DNA from: Meyerozyma guilliermondii
Lineage: Eukaryota
Assembly: GCA_051546255.1 (NCBI GenBank)
Contig: CP128815.1
Span: forward strand, 1,798,001 to 1,862,000
Length of the DNA: 64,000 bases
Direction: 5' to 3'
Shown here: piece after piece, positions 1-11,501 of the stretch
Layout: each line of letters starts with the position of its first letter
Position numbering within the stretch: the stretch's first letter is position 1
Notes under the pieces: model-generated
Told to the model about the DNA's origin: nothing
The model's input: the letters and a program-made list of their open reading frames with translations, nothing else
Databases searched by the model: none
Program-made: the position numbers and the translations under genes

Positions 1-303
1 TGCGTTCCAATTATTACCTTGCGATGAAGTGCCAGTTGGCCCAAACATTATACGACGAAAAATGTAAAATCACGCAAAATAGCGAGGACTGTAGGTCCTA
101 TATGCGTGTTGATCAGATACAAAGTACTGAAAACGGGGAGTTGACACAAAATTGTTTGTTTTTTATACGTCGTAGTTCCAATGTCTTGAAAGAACGAACA
201 TCAAAATATCAACATTTTCGTGATAGATGCAGGACTGGAAGAAGAGAGGATTCAAAGAGACATAACTATGATGGATTCGTATATGGTTTATGTAGATACG
301 GAA

Positions 304-1833
304 TTAATCAGCTACAACCTCCAATCGTGAAGAAAACTCAGCGTTGTACCAAAACTTGTCGAACTTGCGCAAATTACCCTTCGATTGGTACACCTTATTG
401 GGCACTCCGACGTCTATAAGATAATGAACAACCTGTGCCTCGTCGTCGTCGTAGGTTAGCACGCCATTTCTGTAGGCGTAGAGCAAGCCTGATATGGGTA
501 GACCCATGGAAACACACCAATGGCACTTGATGTGGAGAGAATCGTCCAGGACGGTTCCGGAACCTCCATCAATTCCAGAAGGTATATCCAAGGATAATAT
601 GCGTTTTGAGATATGTGGTCTGTTGCACCATTCGATTAATACACGGAGCTTCCTTTGCGCCTCGTCCTGATAGAAAATATCTTCGAGATGGTCGGCATAA
701 CCTTGGAGTGCATCGATGACTAGTTCCACTGGAGTATCAAGATCATTTTCAATGGTGGAAATTAAGTTTGTAACGTCAGAAGTGAGGACTTTTCCGCCAG
801 TTTTCTCAAAAAGACTCCATTGGGTTTGAAGTTCCTTATCTACATCTTCGGTATTGAGGACAAATGCAAGCACTCTGATTCCGTGATTGCTGAGATGTCT
901 ACCAGTTGCAAAAGCTCGAGCCCCACAACGGCCGCTGCCGACGAGAATGAGCACAAGAGGCGGCAAATTATGGTTTTTCTTGTTGCTCAATCGAGTAGAC
1001 CCGCCAAGAATATTTTTTGTGATCAAGCGTGAAAGGTGAGAGGCCGCAATTTCTGCCATCATTCCCGCATCGATGCCGAAAGTTTCGGTGGTCAAGCGCT
1101 CAATTTCCATGAGCTGAACTGGAGTACACTGCGGAACAACACTGCTTGTGTCGCTGTTGACAAGCTTAAAGTTGCGCAAGAACCGAGGTGATGCTGTATC
1201 CAGACGGTTAACAACTGGGCGCATAGAAGGCTGAGGTTTACTTTTGGTTGCGGTAGGCGCAGCTCCAATAAGGTCCCATTTGTCTCCCTTGGAGCTATCC
1301 AACACCATCTCGTCGTTATCATATTTTTCCTTCTTGATTTTATTGTGGTCCACTAACCGATCTCGAGGACTAGTAGTGTCGCCTCGCTGGAAATCTTCAA
1401 ATGCTGATTTTTTATCAAACATGGCCAAATTGGCTTCGAAATCAAAGTCTGCACCCAGCGATACTCCATTGCCCCAAGCAGGGTTGATTTTATCTTTTTT
1501 GGACTTGATTTTGGGAGTGCTAGACCGAGTATTATCGGTGCTACTTGCAACACTAGCAGCACTGTTTGCCAATGTACGTACTGCTGGCCGTGAAAACACA
1601 ATGGCATCGTCTAGAGGTTGGTCTTTGGTCCTATTATTCTTCTTTTTCGACATTTCTGGTGGAAGTTGAAGCATCTTTAAATCGCGGATTTGGTTGGTGA
1701 TGACATTGGTGGTTTGTCCCGTGTCTGCCAGTCTCAAGAGAATGTGCTCCTTGTCAATATCATCAATGATACCGACGGAATGCGTCCCATCACGCAACGA
1801 TAGGTCTACTTTGTAGTGTAGAAACTCTGTCAT
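304..1833 (-). CDS. EDC3: Enhancer of mRNA decapping Edc3 (Lsm, FDF and YjeF_N domains)
   Basis: N-terminal Lsm-like segment, FDF motif DFDFEANLAMFDK, C-terminal YjeF_N fold (VIDALQG, LSLDIPSGIDG). Confidence 0.92.
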   Translation of the reverse strand: MTEFLHYKVDLSLRDGTHSVGIIDDIDKEHILLRLADTGQTTNVITNQIRDLKMLQLPPEMSKKKNNRTKDQPLDDAIVFSRPAVRTLANSAASVASSTDNTRSSTPKIKSKKDKINPAWGNGVSLGADFDFEANLAMFDKKSAFEDFQRGDTTSPRDRLVDHNKIKKEKYDNDEMVLDSSKGDKWDLIGAAPTATKSKPQPSMRPVVNRLDTASPRFLRNFKLVNSDTSSVVPQCTPVQLMEIERLTTETFGIDAGMMAEIAASHLSRLITKNILGGSTRLSNKKNHNLPPLVLILVGSGRCGARAFATGRHLSNHGIRVLAFVLNTEDVDKELQTQWSLFEKTGGKVLTSDVTNLISTIENDLDTPVELVIDALQGYADHLEDIFYQDEAQRKLRVLIEWCNRPHISKRILSLDIPSGIDGGSGTVLDDSLHIKCHWCVSMGLPISGLLYAYRNGVLTYDDDEAQVVHYLIDVGVPNKVYQSKGNLRKFDKFWYNAEFSSRLEVVAD

Positions 1834-2115
1834 TGTGGTGAGGAAATCGACGCTGTGAGTTTTGGGTGGTGGGTACAGGATCGCGAACTCTCAGCAGCTA
1901 AGAGTGAAATTATTCATATTCATATATTCTATATTCATACATTTTCTTGGTAACTTGTCATGTAGCAATAAGCAATTGCTGATGTCCTCAATTAAGATTT
2001 CGTAACATAAGTTTGGCAAAGTAGTATAAAGATATTTTCATGTACTTTCTGTTTTAGTTCATATTTTCGTGCAATTAAGCATTTTGGTCATGATTGTCAG
2101 TAAAGAATCACATCT

Positions 2116-3399
2116 CTACTTTTCTTCTTTTGTCTTCCGCAGTTTGTCAATACGCAGAGCAGCCGTAAATGCAAGGGAAAATATCGAAGCACAAGCCAAA
2201 GTGGCTCCCGTATACTGGATTGCATTAAAGTAGCCAGATGGGCTGCTTGAGTTGTTATCAATCAAAAGACCAGCCAAAGGTGACCCCAAAAGATTTCCCA
2301 CTCCACGGAACAAGTATAACATTCCAGACACAGAATAGTAGACTTCCATCCCAAACACCTCTGTTAAGCACGACGGTAAAAGAGATATAATTGGGCCAGA
2401 TGCAACTCCATAAAGAACAACAAATGCCAAGAATGTGGCTCGTTGTGGAACCAACCACAACGCATACACAGTTATGGCACTGCAAATACAACAAATCAGC
2501 TGCATGTTGAGCCGACCTATGTAGTCTGCACCTTGGCCCAAAACGATCTTGGAACAGGCGTTGACAACATTGTTGATTGCAATAAAGGTGGCACCTTGTT
2601 TATCGGAGAATCCAAGCGTAATTCCATACGTGGACATGTAGATGAGAGGAATCAAGTAGCCCATGGACTGGAACAAACTGCAAAGCATTTGCAGATAAAA
2701 TGCCCATGATTTGAACACTTGAAAATCAGAACGCACCACAGGAGAAGACGTTTGGTAGGTTGGATGTGGTTGCACGAAAAAACTGCAAGTCATCGTTATG
2801 CTCAAGGCTATCAACCCCAAAATACGAAGTGACCATCTCCATCCAACGGAAGTAATCAAAGCTCTTGAAAGAAATGCAAAAACCAAAGATCCAAACCCAG
2901 TGCCCGAAAACACAACTCCCATTGCAACTCCTCTGTGCCTGTCGTAATATTGTGGGCAATATACAATTGGAGGCATGTAGACCAAGGACGATCCAATGCC
3001 AAACATTAAGCCCTGGGTCATAGCAAACTGCCATGTTTCATGGCACCAACTAGCAATGATCATACCAAACGACAAAAGAATGCTTCCAATAAACATCGAG
3101 GTGAACGAAGAGAAATGCTTTCTTATCTGAGGCTGAAGAGCACCTCCCATATAAGTGATTGAAGTCGCAATGGTTCCGATAATAGCCACCTTGGCTGGCT
3201 CTACTCCAAATAACGGTCCCTTCTTGGAGAGATAGAATTCCTGGAAAATACCATACGTGAAACTCACACCGAAGACGGTAAAGTTACAAAAGAAGCCAGC
3301 AATAACACAAAGAATTCCTAGTTTTTTGATCTTCTTTATTTCGGCGGTTTTCAGAAGATGACGCTCGAGACTGGCTCTTTCGTCTTCAATGAGATCCAT
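2116..3399 (-). CDS. MFS transporter, monocarboxylate-transporter-homologue (MCH/SLC16-like) family
   Basis: About 12 hydrophobic segments with MCH-family motifs (YGIFQEFY, QYYDRHRGVAMG, ADYIGRLN). Substrate unknown. Confidence 0.85.
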   Translation of the reverse strand: MDLIEDERASLERHLLKTAEIKKIKKLGILCVIAGFFCNFTVFGVSFTYGIFQEFYLSKKGPLFGVEPAKVAIIGTIATSITYMGGALQPQIRKHFSSFTSMFIGSILLSFGMIIASWCHETWQFAMTQGLMFGIGSSLVYMPPIVYCPQYYDRHRGVAMGVVFSGTGFGSLVFAFLSRALITSVGWRWSLRILGLIALSITMTCSFFVQPHPTYQTSSPVVRSDFQVFKSWAFYLQMLCSLFQSMGYLIPLIYMSTYGITLGFSDKQGATFIAINNVVNACSKIVLGQGADYIGRLNMQLICCICSAITVYALWLVPQRATFLAFVVLYGVASGPIISLLPSCLTEVFGMEVYYSVSGMLYLFRGVGNLLGSPLAGLLIDNNSSSPSGYFNAIQYTGATLACASIFSLAFTAALRIDKLRKTKEEK

Positions 3400-3492
3400 A
3401 ATGAAAGATAAGCTTGTTGAATGTGGATTGAACCTACCTGTGGTTCATGGGTTTTCTTCGTTGAATGTAAAAAATGACGTATGTGGGTACTA

Positions 3493-3556
3493 ATGAGTCA
3501 GGCAAATCAATATTATATGTGCGGCTGCTTCGTCATCGGTGAAAGTCGGGTGCGGG
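3493..3556. promoter_or_regulatory. Gcn4-type site ATGAGTCA (3493-3500) and Mig1-like GCGGGG (~3552) upstream of the MFS transporter
   Basis: Exact TGASTCA match about 95 bp upstream of the minus-strand ATG, plus an SYGGRG box. Function is inferred. Confidence 0.45.
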
Positions 3557-4130
3557 GTCCAAATTATTCTAACAATGTGAGCTCGAATAGTCGTGATAGA
3601 TAACTTTTCCTTGCAAATATGAAGCTGAACAGTTCATGCTGAGATCGTAAGTTGATTTCGGTAGATTTTGTAAAGATAATCTTTCATAAAACTTTGACTG
3701 AATACAGCAAAAGTAAACGGAATCGTCGAGTTTCGCATGCTATAATGTAGAATAACCTGCTAGTTACACACGAAACAGAACCAGTGGATACTGTTAATTA
3801 GTGAAGTTACTTTTAATAAGTGAAATAACTTTAATAAGTGAAATCAAGCAATTGGTTGCAGCCACATTTAAACATTACTAAAAGTTTTGTCAAATTTGCA
3901 CCCAAAAACCAATCATGATTCAATAATGCCTTCTTCCCACCTATATTATACTTTCTTGATTCCCTATGCCACATGATAGCAAACTACCACCCAACATTCT
4001 GCACATTATTCAAGATCTACAGCGGCTTAGTCGGCCGGAGTGGGGAGATGTTTCCCAGCCACACACCGTCCTCCCTGCAGTACCGCGCACTGCTCAACAT
4101 GCGACAGACAGGGCAACAGTTTCATCAAAC

Positions 4131-5426
4131 ATGACTAAAGTTATTTTTGGCACCCTGGTAAATGAGGCCGTCCAGGAATCGGTGCGGCGAGAAATCCCCC
4201 TAGTGGTGGCGCTCTCGAAGGAAGATGAGGATTCGAGGTCTTTTATAGACGAGTACATGGTGAAAAACGACCGACTAGAATCGTTGGCTTCAAAGTTTGT
4301 GGCACTTAAATTGGTCGATAAGACGCCTGAAGCCACCCAGTTTGCTAGTGTTTTTCAAAAGTTGATTTTTCCGAGCCTCTACATTATTAGCAAGGGAAAC
4401 CTACGCGAAGTCATCACCAAAGACGTCAACAAGGATGAGTATTTAAACCGATTATCAAAACTTTGTGAAGTATCTGACGAACATATTAAACCAAGAGAGA
4501 ACGCGACGGTGCAGAATATGACGAATAACCCAGTTTCGTCGTCCACTACAACTTTACGCCCAGCCACAAAGATATTTTCAACTAAGTCGCAAGCCGAGGA
4601 AACCGCTCGGATAAAGGCACTTATTGAAGCCGATAAGCGGGAGCGTAAATCCGCAAAATCACTGAAAAGTTTTTGTATGAATGATCACAATCCACGGGCA
4701 TCACTGGCGTCGCCGGTTCCCACTAATATGTGTGCACTTTCTATCAAGCTCCTAGATGGTACTACTGTACGACATGAATTTAAGGCCAAGCAGACATTGA
4801 ATGATGTGCGCCAGTGGCTTGATGACGAAAGTGGATATACCATCTTGCCCGATACAAGCACATTTCCCGCATTTGCGGCTACTTCAGAACACCCAACTTC
4901 CTACTCCTTCTACACTCCCACCATACCTCGTATCACCTATAGCGTTACCGATGAGTTCGTTACGCTTTCGGACCTCAAATTGTGTCCACGCTCGGCTTTG
5001 ATACTAAAACCGCTGTATATCAACAGACATGGCTCCTACGCCAATGGAGATTCTGGTTCTGTTCTTCGTGGTACCGCTGCGGCACTAAAACGGTTAGGAA
5101 ATGCGGTATTCTCTTTCTTTGACTATGGTGTCGACGAAGCACTAGATGCAGTGCATGACGAGGATATAGTGTCTACTAGCGGACATGGATCTGATGATGA
5201 ATCTGTTGATCCACATCCTACATTGCATTCATTGCACCGCAGAGATCATCGTGATGGTTCAGACGAAGATAACGAAGTCAACCTGAACTCTGAAAGAATG
5301 AGTCGGTCTCTGACTCCTAAACTCGGTTTGGCGCCGTCAATGAGTCGAATCCAAACCGTTCAAGGTGCCGCTCAAGGTACCACCTCTGGCTTCTCCCATG
5401 AAGACGAGCGTCCACAAGACATATAA
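4131..5426 (+). CDS. UBX-domain Cdc48 cofactor, Ubx6/Ubx7 (UBXN4-like)
   Basis: Thioredoxin-like N-terminus, coiled coil (IKALIEADKRERK) and UBX domain (LSIKLLDG...LKLCPRSALIL). Probable start is ATG 4131; an in-frame upstream ATG lies at 3966. Confidence 0.8.
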   Translation: MTKVIFGTLVNEAVQESVRREIPLVVALSKEDEDSRSFIDEYMVKNDRLESLASKFVALKLVDKTPEATQFASVFQKLIFPSLYIISKGNLREVITKDVNKDEYLNRLSKLCEVSDEHIKPRENATVQNMTNNPVSSSTTTLRPATKIFSTKSQAEETARIKALIEADKRERKSAKSLKSFCMNDHNPRASLASPVPTNMCALSIKLLDGTTVRHEFKAKQTLNDVRQWLDDESGYTILPDTSTFPAFAATSEHPTSYSFYTPTIPRITYSVTDEFVTLSDLKLCPRSALILKPLYINRHGSYANGDSGSVLRGTAAALKRLGNAVFSFFDYGVDEALDAVHDEDIVSTSGHGSDDESVDPHPTLHSLHRRDHRDGSDEDNEVNLNSERMSRSLTPKLGLAPSMSRIQTVQGAAQGTTSGFSHEDERPQDI

Positions 5427-5596
5427 TACGAATATGATGAATGATTTAAGATGAAAATTAGCTCTAGTAGCATCTTAGTTTAGCATTTTCTCTCGCTCTA
5501 GACACTCTCACCAAACACTCTATTCTGGTCTCACTTTTAGTCTCGCACCATACACTCTTGATTTTTAGTCGCGCTTATCGCATTTCTTAATGGCAT

Positions 5597-7660
5597 ATGG
5601 ACCAATTGAAGCTACATCATCTCGAGAAACTATTGGAGGTCCCGACGGCACGAGGACCTGTGCAGGCCAATGACATCTCAGTTTTAACCTGTGGATGCTT
5701 GGTATCAGAATCTGAATATACTTTAGAAAATGCCAATCCAGAGGAAGGTATTTGTCCACACTGTTCCAAGATAGGGCAAATTTTGGCCCCTATAGAGCCA
5801 TTGAGGGAACTATATGTGATGTTGAAAGAGCTCAGAGCCTCCCAATCTCACTCGAAGTCCCGCAGACATTCATCTTCAAAAAAAAGTATCCAGGATGAAC
5901 AGCGTCCAAATATGGATTTGCTTGGACTTTTCTACAATTATGCCAGAGAAGATCCCAAAATCTCTACATCAGCTGCTACCAATGCCATTCCTATACCCAA
6001 TGCCAGCGACTCAGAAACCCAACTGGTACACTCGTCCGTAGCAAGAGCCCTAACTTCTCTTTCACTTTCACCGGAAGATAGGTATACGGATTCTATGGTG
6101 GACAATCGGCCATCTACCGCCTGGGAAACGGTCCTTCTTTCAGGTATGAACGAGCAGAGCGAGTACAACTTCAGCAAATGCTTTCCTCTTTATCGACAAC
6201 TCACCAGCTACCAGACTCCACTACTGAAATCCATCATGTCGGCTCTCCCATTTCGCCTGGGTTCAGCAATGATTCGTAAATCCTTTCGCTATTTGACGAC
6301 TTGCATCCACTCCTATATTGACCGTGGCCAGGGTCGCGAGGTCAGTAGATACGTCTTGTTGAGCCCTAAGCGGTGGGAGATCCACCTCATTAAGAACGAC
6401 ACCAAAAAGGCATCTTTGATTAGCTGTGGAAAGTCTTCAGGCGAGTTTGGTTCCGATCCCAATCTGGTAGCTGCTCCATTACTGGAGGGGATAGTTATTC
6501 GTAATGACTTTTCAGGCTCATCCTCGTCTACTACTACTGAAGATATCAAGCGACGGTTGAATCTGTGGGAAATGGTCCAGTGTCGTCTCTCTCAAAATTT
6601 GCTCTTGCTTTCGGGCTCTCGCGGAACTTTGAGGCTACTTGATATCAATGGAGCCCCATTGTATACGTACGTTACCAACTTTCCCATTCGGTGCATTGCT
6701 ATATCTCCCAGTGAAAATCTCATAGCTTGTGCTATCACTGCCAAAGAACGAGTAAGTGGAAAGGAACAGCCATTCATAATTTTGCACAAGCTTCACTGGA
6801 ATAATCTCTACTCAAATACTCGCCAACTAGTATCCGTGGAGCCCATTACCATCACCATACCTTATCGAGACCCTATCAAACTCATCAACTTTAATCTGTC
6901 GCTGTCGCATCTTGTGTGTTGCACGGTATGGGAATCCCGATACTTTGTCGTCAAGCTCTCAGGAAAAGGAGCCGGAGACTTTAACCGTCCTAGACTCGTG
7001 TGGACAGACGTGAGGGACCTGGGCCGAGATCCCCATCCTTCGTCGGATCGGGGCGATCGGTCCAGTGAAGATGATGTAATGATGGACAACGAGGGCATAA
7101 CAGACATTCAATTTGGCAAGTCGGGCACTAATACCGTGGTATTAACATTTTGCTCGTTGAAGAATAGACCTCCGTTGGTTATACAACTCGAAGGAGAAAC
7201 GATGGACCACAACTATTCGCATGGTGATGTTTTTTCCCTGGCTATCAGTGGCCATAGCAGCAACCACAGTTATAAAGATGATGAGGACGAAGATTTTGAC
7301 CGAAGTTCGGCGATAAAATCGGCTTCTCCGCTCTTCAAAATCCATCAGGTCGGTACCTATATTCATAGAGTTGCCCTTCTGCCTCGTGGCGACGGCATGG
7401 CCTTTCTCGATCGAGAGGGAAGAATCTTCGTCGCTGCCACACCCAACTTTAGCAGTCGCCAAGCAAAAAGATTGGTTGTTCTTTTGGGCGAAACCATGGG
7501 TGCTGAACGGTTCACTCTTGCTGCTTCGATCCGATTTTCAGCCGATGGTTCCAAAATCATTGTGGTTGACCGTCGAGGACTCGTCCAGATTTTCGACTTT
7601 GCCAAGGGCGTCCCAGGCTCGGATGTCGACGTAATCAAGTGTAAATTGATTTCTTCGTGA
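5597..7660 (+). CDS. PTR3: SPS amino-acid sensor component Ptr3
   Basis: N-terminal SVLTCGC...CPHC...PLREL block characteristic of Ptr3, followed by a C-terminal WD40-like region. Confidence 0.8.
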   Translation: MDQLKLHHLEKLLEVPTARGPVQANDISVLTCGCLVSESEYTLENANPEEGICPHCSKIGQILAPIEPLRELYVMLKELRASQSHSKSRRHSSSKKSIQDEQRPNMDLLGLFYNYAREDPKISTSAATNAIPIPNASDSETQLVHSSVARALTSLSLSPEDRYTDSMVDNRPSTAWETVLLSGMNEQSEYNFSKCFPLYRQLTSYQTPLLKSIMSALPFRLGSAMIRKSFRYLTTCIHSYIDRGQGREVSRYVLLSPKRWEIHLIKNDTKKASLISCGKSSGEFGSDPNLVAAPLLEGIVIRNDFSGSSSSTTTEDIKRRLNLWEMVQCRLSQNLLLLSGSRGTLRLLDINGAPLYTYVTNFPIRCIAISPSENLIACAITAKERVSGKEQPFIILHKLHWNNLYSNTRQLVSVEPITITIPYRDPIKLINFNLSLSHLVCCTVWESRYFVVKLSGKGAGDFNRPRLVWTDVRDLGRDPHPSSDRGDRSSEDDVMMDNEGITDIQFGKSGTNTVVLTFCSLKNRPPLVIQLEGETMDHNYSHGDVFSLAISGHSSNHSYKDDEDEDFDRSSAIKSASPLFKIHQVGTYIHRVALLPRGDGMAFLDREGRIFVAATPNFSSRQAKRLVVLLGETMGAERFTLAASIRFSADGSKIIVVDRRGLVQIFDFAKGVPGSDVDVIKCKLISS

Positions 7661-8715
7661 TTTTTCGCAGCCATGGTGCGGCGCAAGTACGAGACATCAA
7701 TTGCGGGACTAATAAAGGAGTATGAGAATCCATGGACGTTATCCATCACAGTAAGCCTTTCTAGACCCGAAGATGGAAACGTTTTAATACTAATGGAAGT
7801 AGAGGAATCTTTTTTATACGAGCATTCGCTTCTATGGTCGTATTTCTATTTTTAGCCGCGGTTCTCGTCACATAGATTGTCAAACTAGCTACGGGGAGCT
7901 AAAGTAAGTCGTGTTTTGGTTCACGAATTATAGTATTGCATGGCCACTGGTAGAAAAGACATTGGATGATATCAAAACTTTCCAATGTATTATCTCGTCT
8001 TGTGTCATGATAAGATATCTTAGGGCTTGAAGTCTTTATGACACGGATATCGCAAATAGTAAGGTTGATTACATTGTATCAATTGTCAGAAAATGATAAG
8101 TTGGATACATTGTACTTTGACAGTTTTTCTCGTCAGTTGCCGAATTGGTTTTCATACAAAAGGAACCGACATTGCTGAAGTACCGGTCGAGTAGGAACAC
8201 TGAGACGACATATCTAGCTCCTCGAAGCAACTTTTAATTAGTGTGACTGGGACGATGATCTGCCTTTCAAGTTGACGTTTTGACATGCAAAACAGCCCTC
8301 ATTTAGCCCCACATCATGCATGAATAATATGTCTCGCGACAACATTAAGGTACTTGATACGAAAATAGAAACCTACCCGTTCAAATTTTTATACATTAAA
8401 TTCTTTTAGTTATGGTGAGTACCTTTTTATATACCGTAGTCAATTGGGACAATACTAATGTGGAAAGCTTTACGATACATGAACATCTTCACAATTGCCA
8501 AATTCAACTAGTACGAGATTTCTCGAAGAATTACTATATATTAACCATGCTTTCATGATGTATGCTCTCCGGTTACTTTTTAAGAAAGACTGGCCAAAAA
8601 AATCTCGAACCCTTAGTGTTCATACTACAGCCACAGTGAGAGCCACATCGCTCTGCGGCTTTCCTGCGCGAAACGCAAGTGAAAATTACAAAGCATCTCA
8701 CGATTTACAACAAAG

Positions 8716-10197
8716 ATGACCGTACCAGAAATTTCTTCTGATGTGTTGGACCTCATTGGTAACACTCCTTTGATCAAGCTCAACCGCATTCCTCAGGCTT
8801 ATGGTATCAAGGCTCAAGTGTATGCGAAAGTGGAACTTTTCAACGCTGGTGGCTCCATCAAGGATAGAATCGCCAAGAACATGGTGTTGGAAGCCGAGAA
8901 GCTGGGAAGAATTAAGCCTGGTTATACTTTGATTGAACCCACCAGTGGAAACACCGGTATAGGTTTGGCTCTTGTAGGAGCCGTGAAGGGCTACCGTACT
9001 ATCATCACATTGCCAGAGAAGATGTCTAACGAAAAGGTTTCAGTCTTGAAGGCATTAGGTGCCGAGATTATCAGAACTCCAACCGAAGCAGCTTGGGATG
9101 CACCCGAGTCGCATATTGGTGTTGCTAGAAAGTTGGAAAAGGAAATTCCAAACTCGGTTATTCTTGATCAATACTCCAATGGAGCCAATCCTGATGCTCA
9201 TTACTATGGTACTGGATTTGAAATTTGGGAACAAACCAAAGGAAAAGTGACCCATTTGATTGCTGGTGCCGGAACCGGTGGTACAATTACTGGTGTTTCT
9301 CGTTATCTTAAAGAGAAAAACCCCAAGGTTCGCATAACCGCAGCTGATCCTAAAGGTTCTATTTTGGCTCAACCCGAATCTCTTAACGACTCCACTGAAG
9401 GATACTTGGTTGAAGGTATTGGCTATGATTTCATTCCTGACGTTTTAAAGAGAGAAGAGGTCGACGACTGGATCAAAACCGACGATGCTGAGTCGTTCAA
9501 GCTTGCCAGAAGAATCATCAAGGAAGAAGGTATTTTGGTTGGAGGCTCTTCTGGATCTGCTTTACAAGCTGCCTTGCAAGTAAGCAAAGATTTGACCGAA
9601 GATGACGTTGTTGTGGTGATTTTCCCCGACTCCATCAGATCCTACCTCAGTAAATTTGCCGACGACGAATGGATGCAAACCAATGGATTTGACGTTGAAG
9701 AAAAAGAGTCTTCCTCCTCCAAGGCTGACGACTTCCTCACCAAGAAGACTATTAAGGATTTGGTTGCTGGAAAGGCACCAGTTGTCACTGTTAGTCTTGC
9801 TGACACAGTTTCCAAGACCATTGACTTGTTGCAAACGAATGGCTTTGATCAATTGCCCGTTTTGAACAACCAAGGAAAACTCGTAGGTTTGATAACCTTA
9901 TCAAAAATTTTGAAGTCTCTTTCCACAAACAAAGTTCAGCCTACCAACTCCATCAGTTCCATCATTATCGACTTCCGCAAGTTGGCTGATTTCCAAAAGT
10001 CATTCAATATCACCAAGAGTTCTGGCTTTGCCAAACGTTCGTATGAGCCTATCACCTTGGACACACCCTTGTCGTTGTTGAACAAATTTTTCGAAACCAA
10101 CTCCAATGCCATCATCACCGACAACGAGTATAAGCCGGTTCAAATTGTCACCAAGGTCGACTTGCTCTCCTACATGACCAAGCAGTTGGCGTACTAA
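8716..10197 (+). CDS. CYS4: Cystathionine beta-synthase
   Basis: PLP lysine motif GGSIKDR, EPTSGNTG, GAGTGGT and a C-terminal CBS pair. Confidence 0.97.
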   Translation: MTVPEISSDVLDLIGNTPLIKLNRIPQAYGIKAQVYAKVELFNAGGSIKDRIAKNMVLEAEKLGRIKPGYTLIEPTSGNTGIGLALVGAVKGYRTIITLPEKMSNEKVSVLKALGAEIIRTPTEAAWDAPESHIGVARKLEKEIPNSVILDQYSNGANPDAHYYGTGFEIWEQTKGKVTHLIAGAGTGGTITGVSRYLKEKNPKVRITAADPKGSILAQPESLNDSTEGYLVEGIGYDFIPDVLKREEVDDWIKTDDAESFKLARRIIKEEGILVGGSSGSALQAALQVSKDLTEDDVVVVIFPDSIRSYLSKFADDEWMQTNGFDVEEKESSSSKADDFLTKKTIKDLVAGKAPVVTVSLADTVSKTIDLLQTNGFDQLPVLNNQGKLVGLITLSKILKSLSTNKVQPTNSISSIIIDFRKLADFQKSFNITKSSGFAKRSYEPITLDTPLSLLNKFFETNSNAIITDNEYKPVQIVTKVDLLSYMTKQLAY

Positions 10198-10316
10198 GGA
10201 CATCACATCTTAATATACATCTATAGAGAATATTGTAGAACACGATAGTAAACGAAGTTCAAGTGTTCACGAAGTTTCTGTGTTCAAATTGTTCAAAACA
10301 AGTTATGAACAATTAT

Positions 10317-11216
10317 TCACGAAAACTTCCATCTATTACCACAGTTTTCGCATGTACAGAAGGTGGTAAGCGGTTCATCGGCAGATCTGGTTTGCATTTG
10401 GTAATAACTCACCTTTTTGTGTTTACACTTTCCACAAGTGAATCTGTCTGTTACAGCTCTTTTCTCGGTGGCTCCTTGAGCATCAAAAAGATTCTGTTTG
10501 TTGAGTTTTTCAATCTCCTGCTTCAAAGATTCTGGTGCCATTTCGTTGGGGTTCATGGTGATGAACTTGGAAGGTGCTATTTGGCCAGTAAGCAAGCGGT
10601 CTCGCAAATCTGGGTTCTTCTTGTTCCTCAAGTTCATGGTGAGAGTTCTTAATTTGTTTCTGTAGGCATCGTTGACCGCAGAGTATTCTTGCTTAAATAC
10701 ACCCAATTCAATGTTGCGAGCAACATCAAGAATCTTTTCGCTGGGATCGTCTCTTTCTATGGCCAATGCTGTGTAAAGAGCACTCACCGATGCATTTCTG
10801 GTGGAATCTTCGTACAAAAGAGTGTTCACTCCGTCCACCTTTGGATTTCTAGGGCCCTGGTGAAACTTGCTCTTGGTGGACCCAGCAGCCGGTGCTGAAG
10901 AAGAGGATGGGGGAGCGGCGGAAGTGGATGAAGAAGAAGTTTTTTTGACATCACCATTCGCAGCACGCTTCTTGGCGTTCTTTTCGTTTTGAACAACGTC
11001 TCTCCATGTTCTAATCATGGATTTAACTAAAGTATTAATTTCGGTGTTTGTGCTGGTGCGGAACTTGTTGACAGTCACTCCTACTTTTGTTTCACGTAGA
11101 AGCTTCTCGGTGGGTTTCACGCCATCGTTGAGGATATTGAGGAGTTTAAGAATGGTCACGTCGTCGGTGGTTTTTTCCAAGTTGGAAACGGTAGACCGTA
11201 TCTCTTTGGCATCCAT
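10317..11216 (-). CDS. DST1: Transcription elongation factor TFIIS
   Basis: C-terminal Zn ribbon QMQTRSADEPLTTFCTCENCGNRWKFS, with N-terminal and central TFIIS domains. Confidence 0.97.
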   Translation of the reverse strand: MDAKEIRSTVSNLEKTTDDVTILKLLNILNDGVKPTEKLLRETKVGVTVNKFRTSTNTEINTLVKSMIRTWRDVVQNEKNAKKRAANGDVKKTSSSSTSAAPPSSSSAPAAGSTKSKFHQGPRNPKVDGVNTLLYEDSTRNASVSALYTALAIERDDPSEKILDVARNIELGVFKQEYSAVNDAYRNKLRTLTMNLRNKKNPDLRDRLLTGQIAPSKFITMNPNEMAPESLKQEIEKLNKQNLFDAQGATEKRAVTDRFTCGKCKHKKVSYYQMQTRSADEPLTTFCTCENCGNRWKFS

Positions 11217-11501
11217 GGTGAAGATGAAATTTCGCCTTCTCGCGAAATGAGATTATACAGGAGCCATCGAAAAGTGAGCGGCGGTCCAAAATAGTCAATA
11301 TGGGTAATTGAGTCTTGAAAATGACGGTGTGTATTGTGGTGGTGGCTATGAGGCCAGTAGCAAAACTATGGCTTATTTGCTGGTCCCTAGGCCACTTTTC
11401 TCTCACCTAGTCTTCCTTCTACCGTCAGACTGTATGCAGGCTCCGCGATATTCACTTCTTCATGTTCTCAGTCTATTCATCTTTATTCCTTTTTTTTCAC
11501 A

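Noticed and set aside
3..419. Open frame at the left edge (track ORF 24..419)
   Set aside because: No recognisable motifs and it overlaps the EDC3 3' end antisense. It could be the tail of a gene outside the window, but this cannot be supported.
8495..8719. Upstream ORF whose TGA overlaps the CYS4 ATG (ATGA)
   Set aside because: It runs through promoter-like sequence, probably starts upstream of the TSS, and the peptide has no protein-like features.
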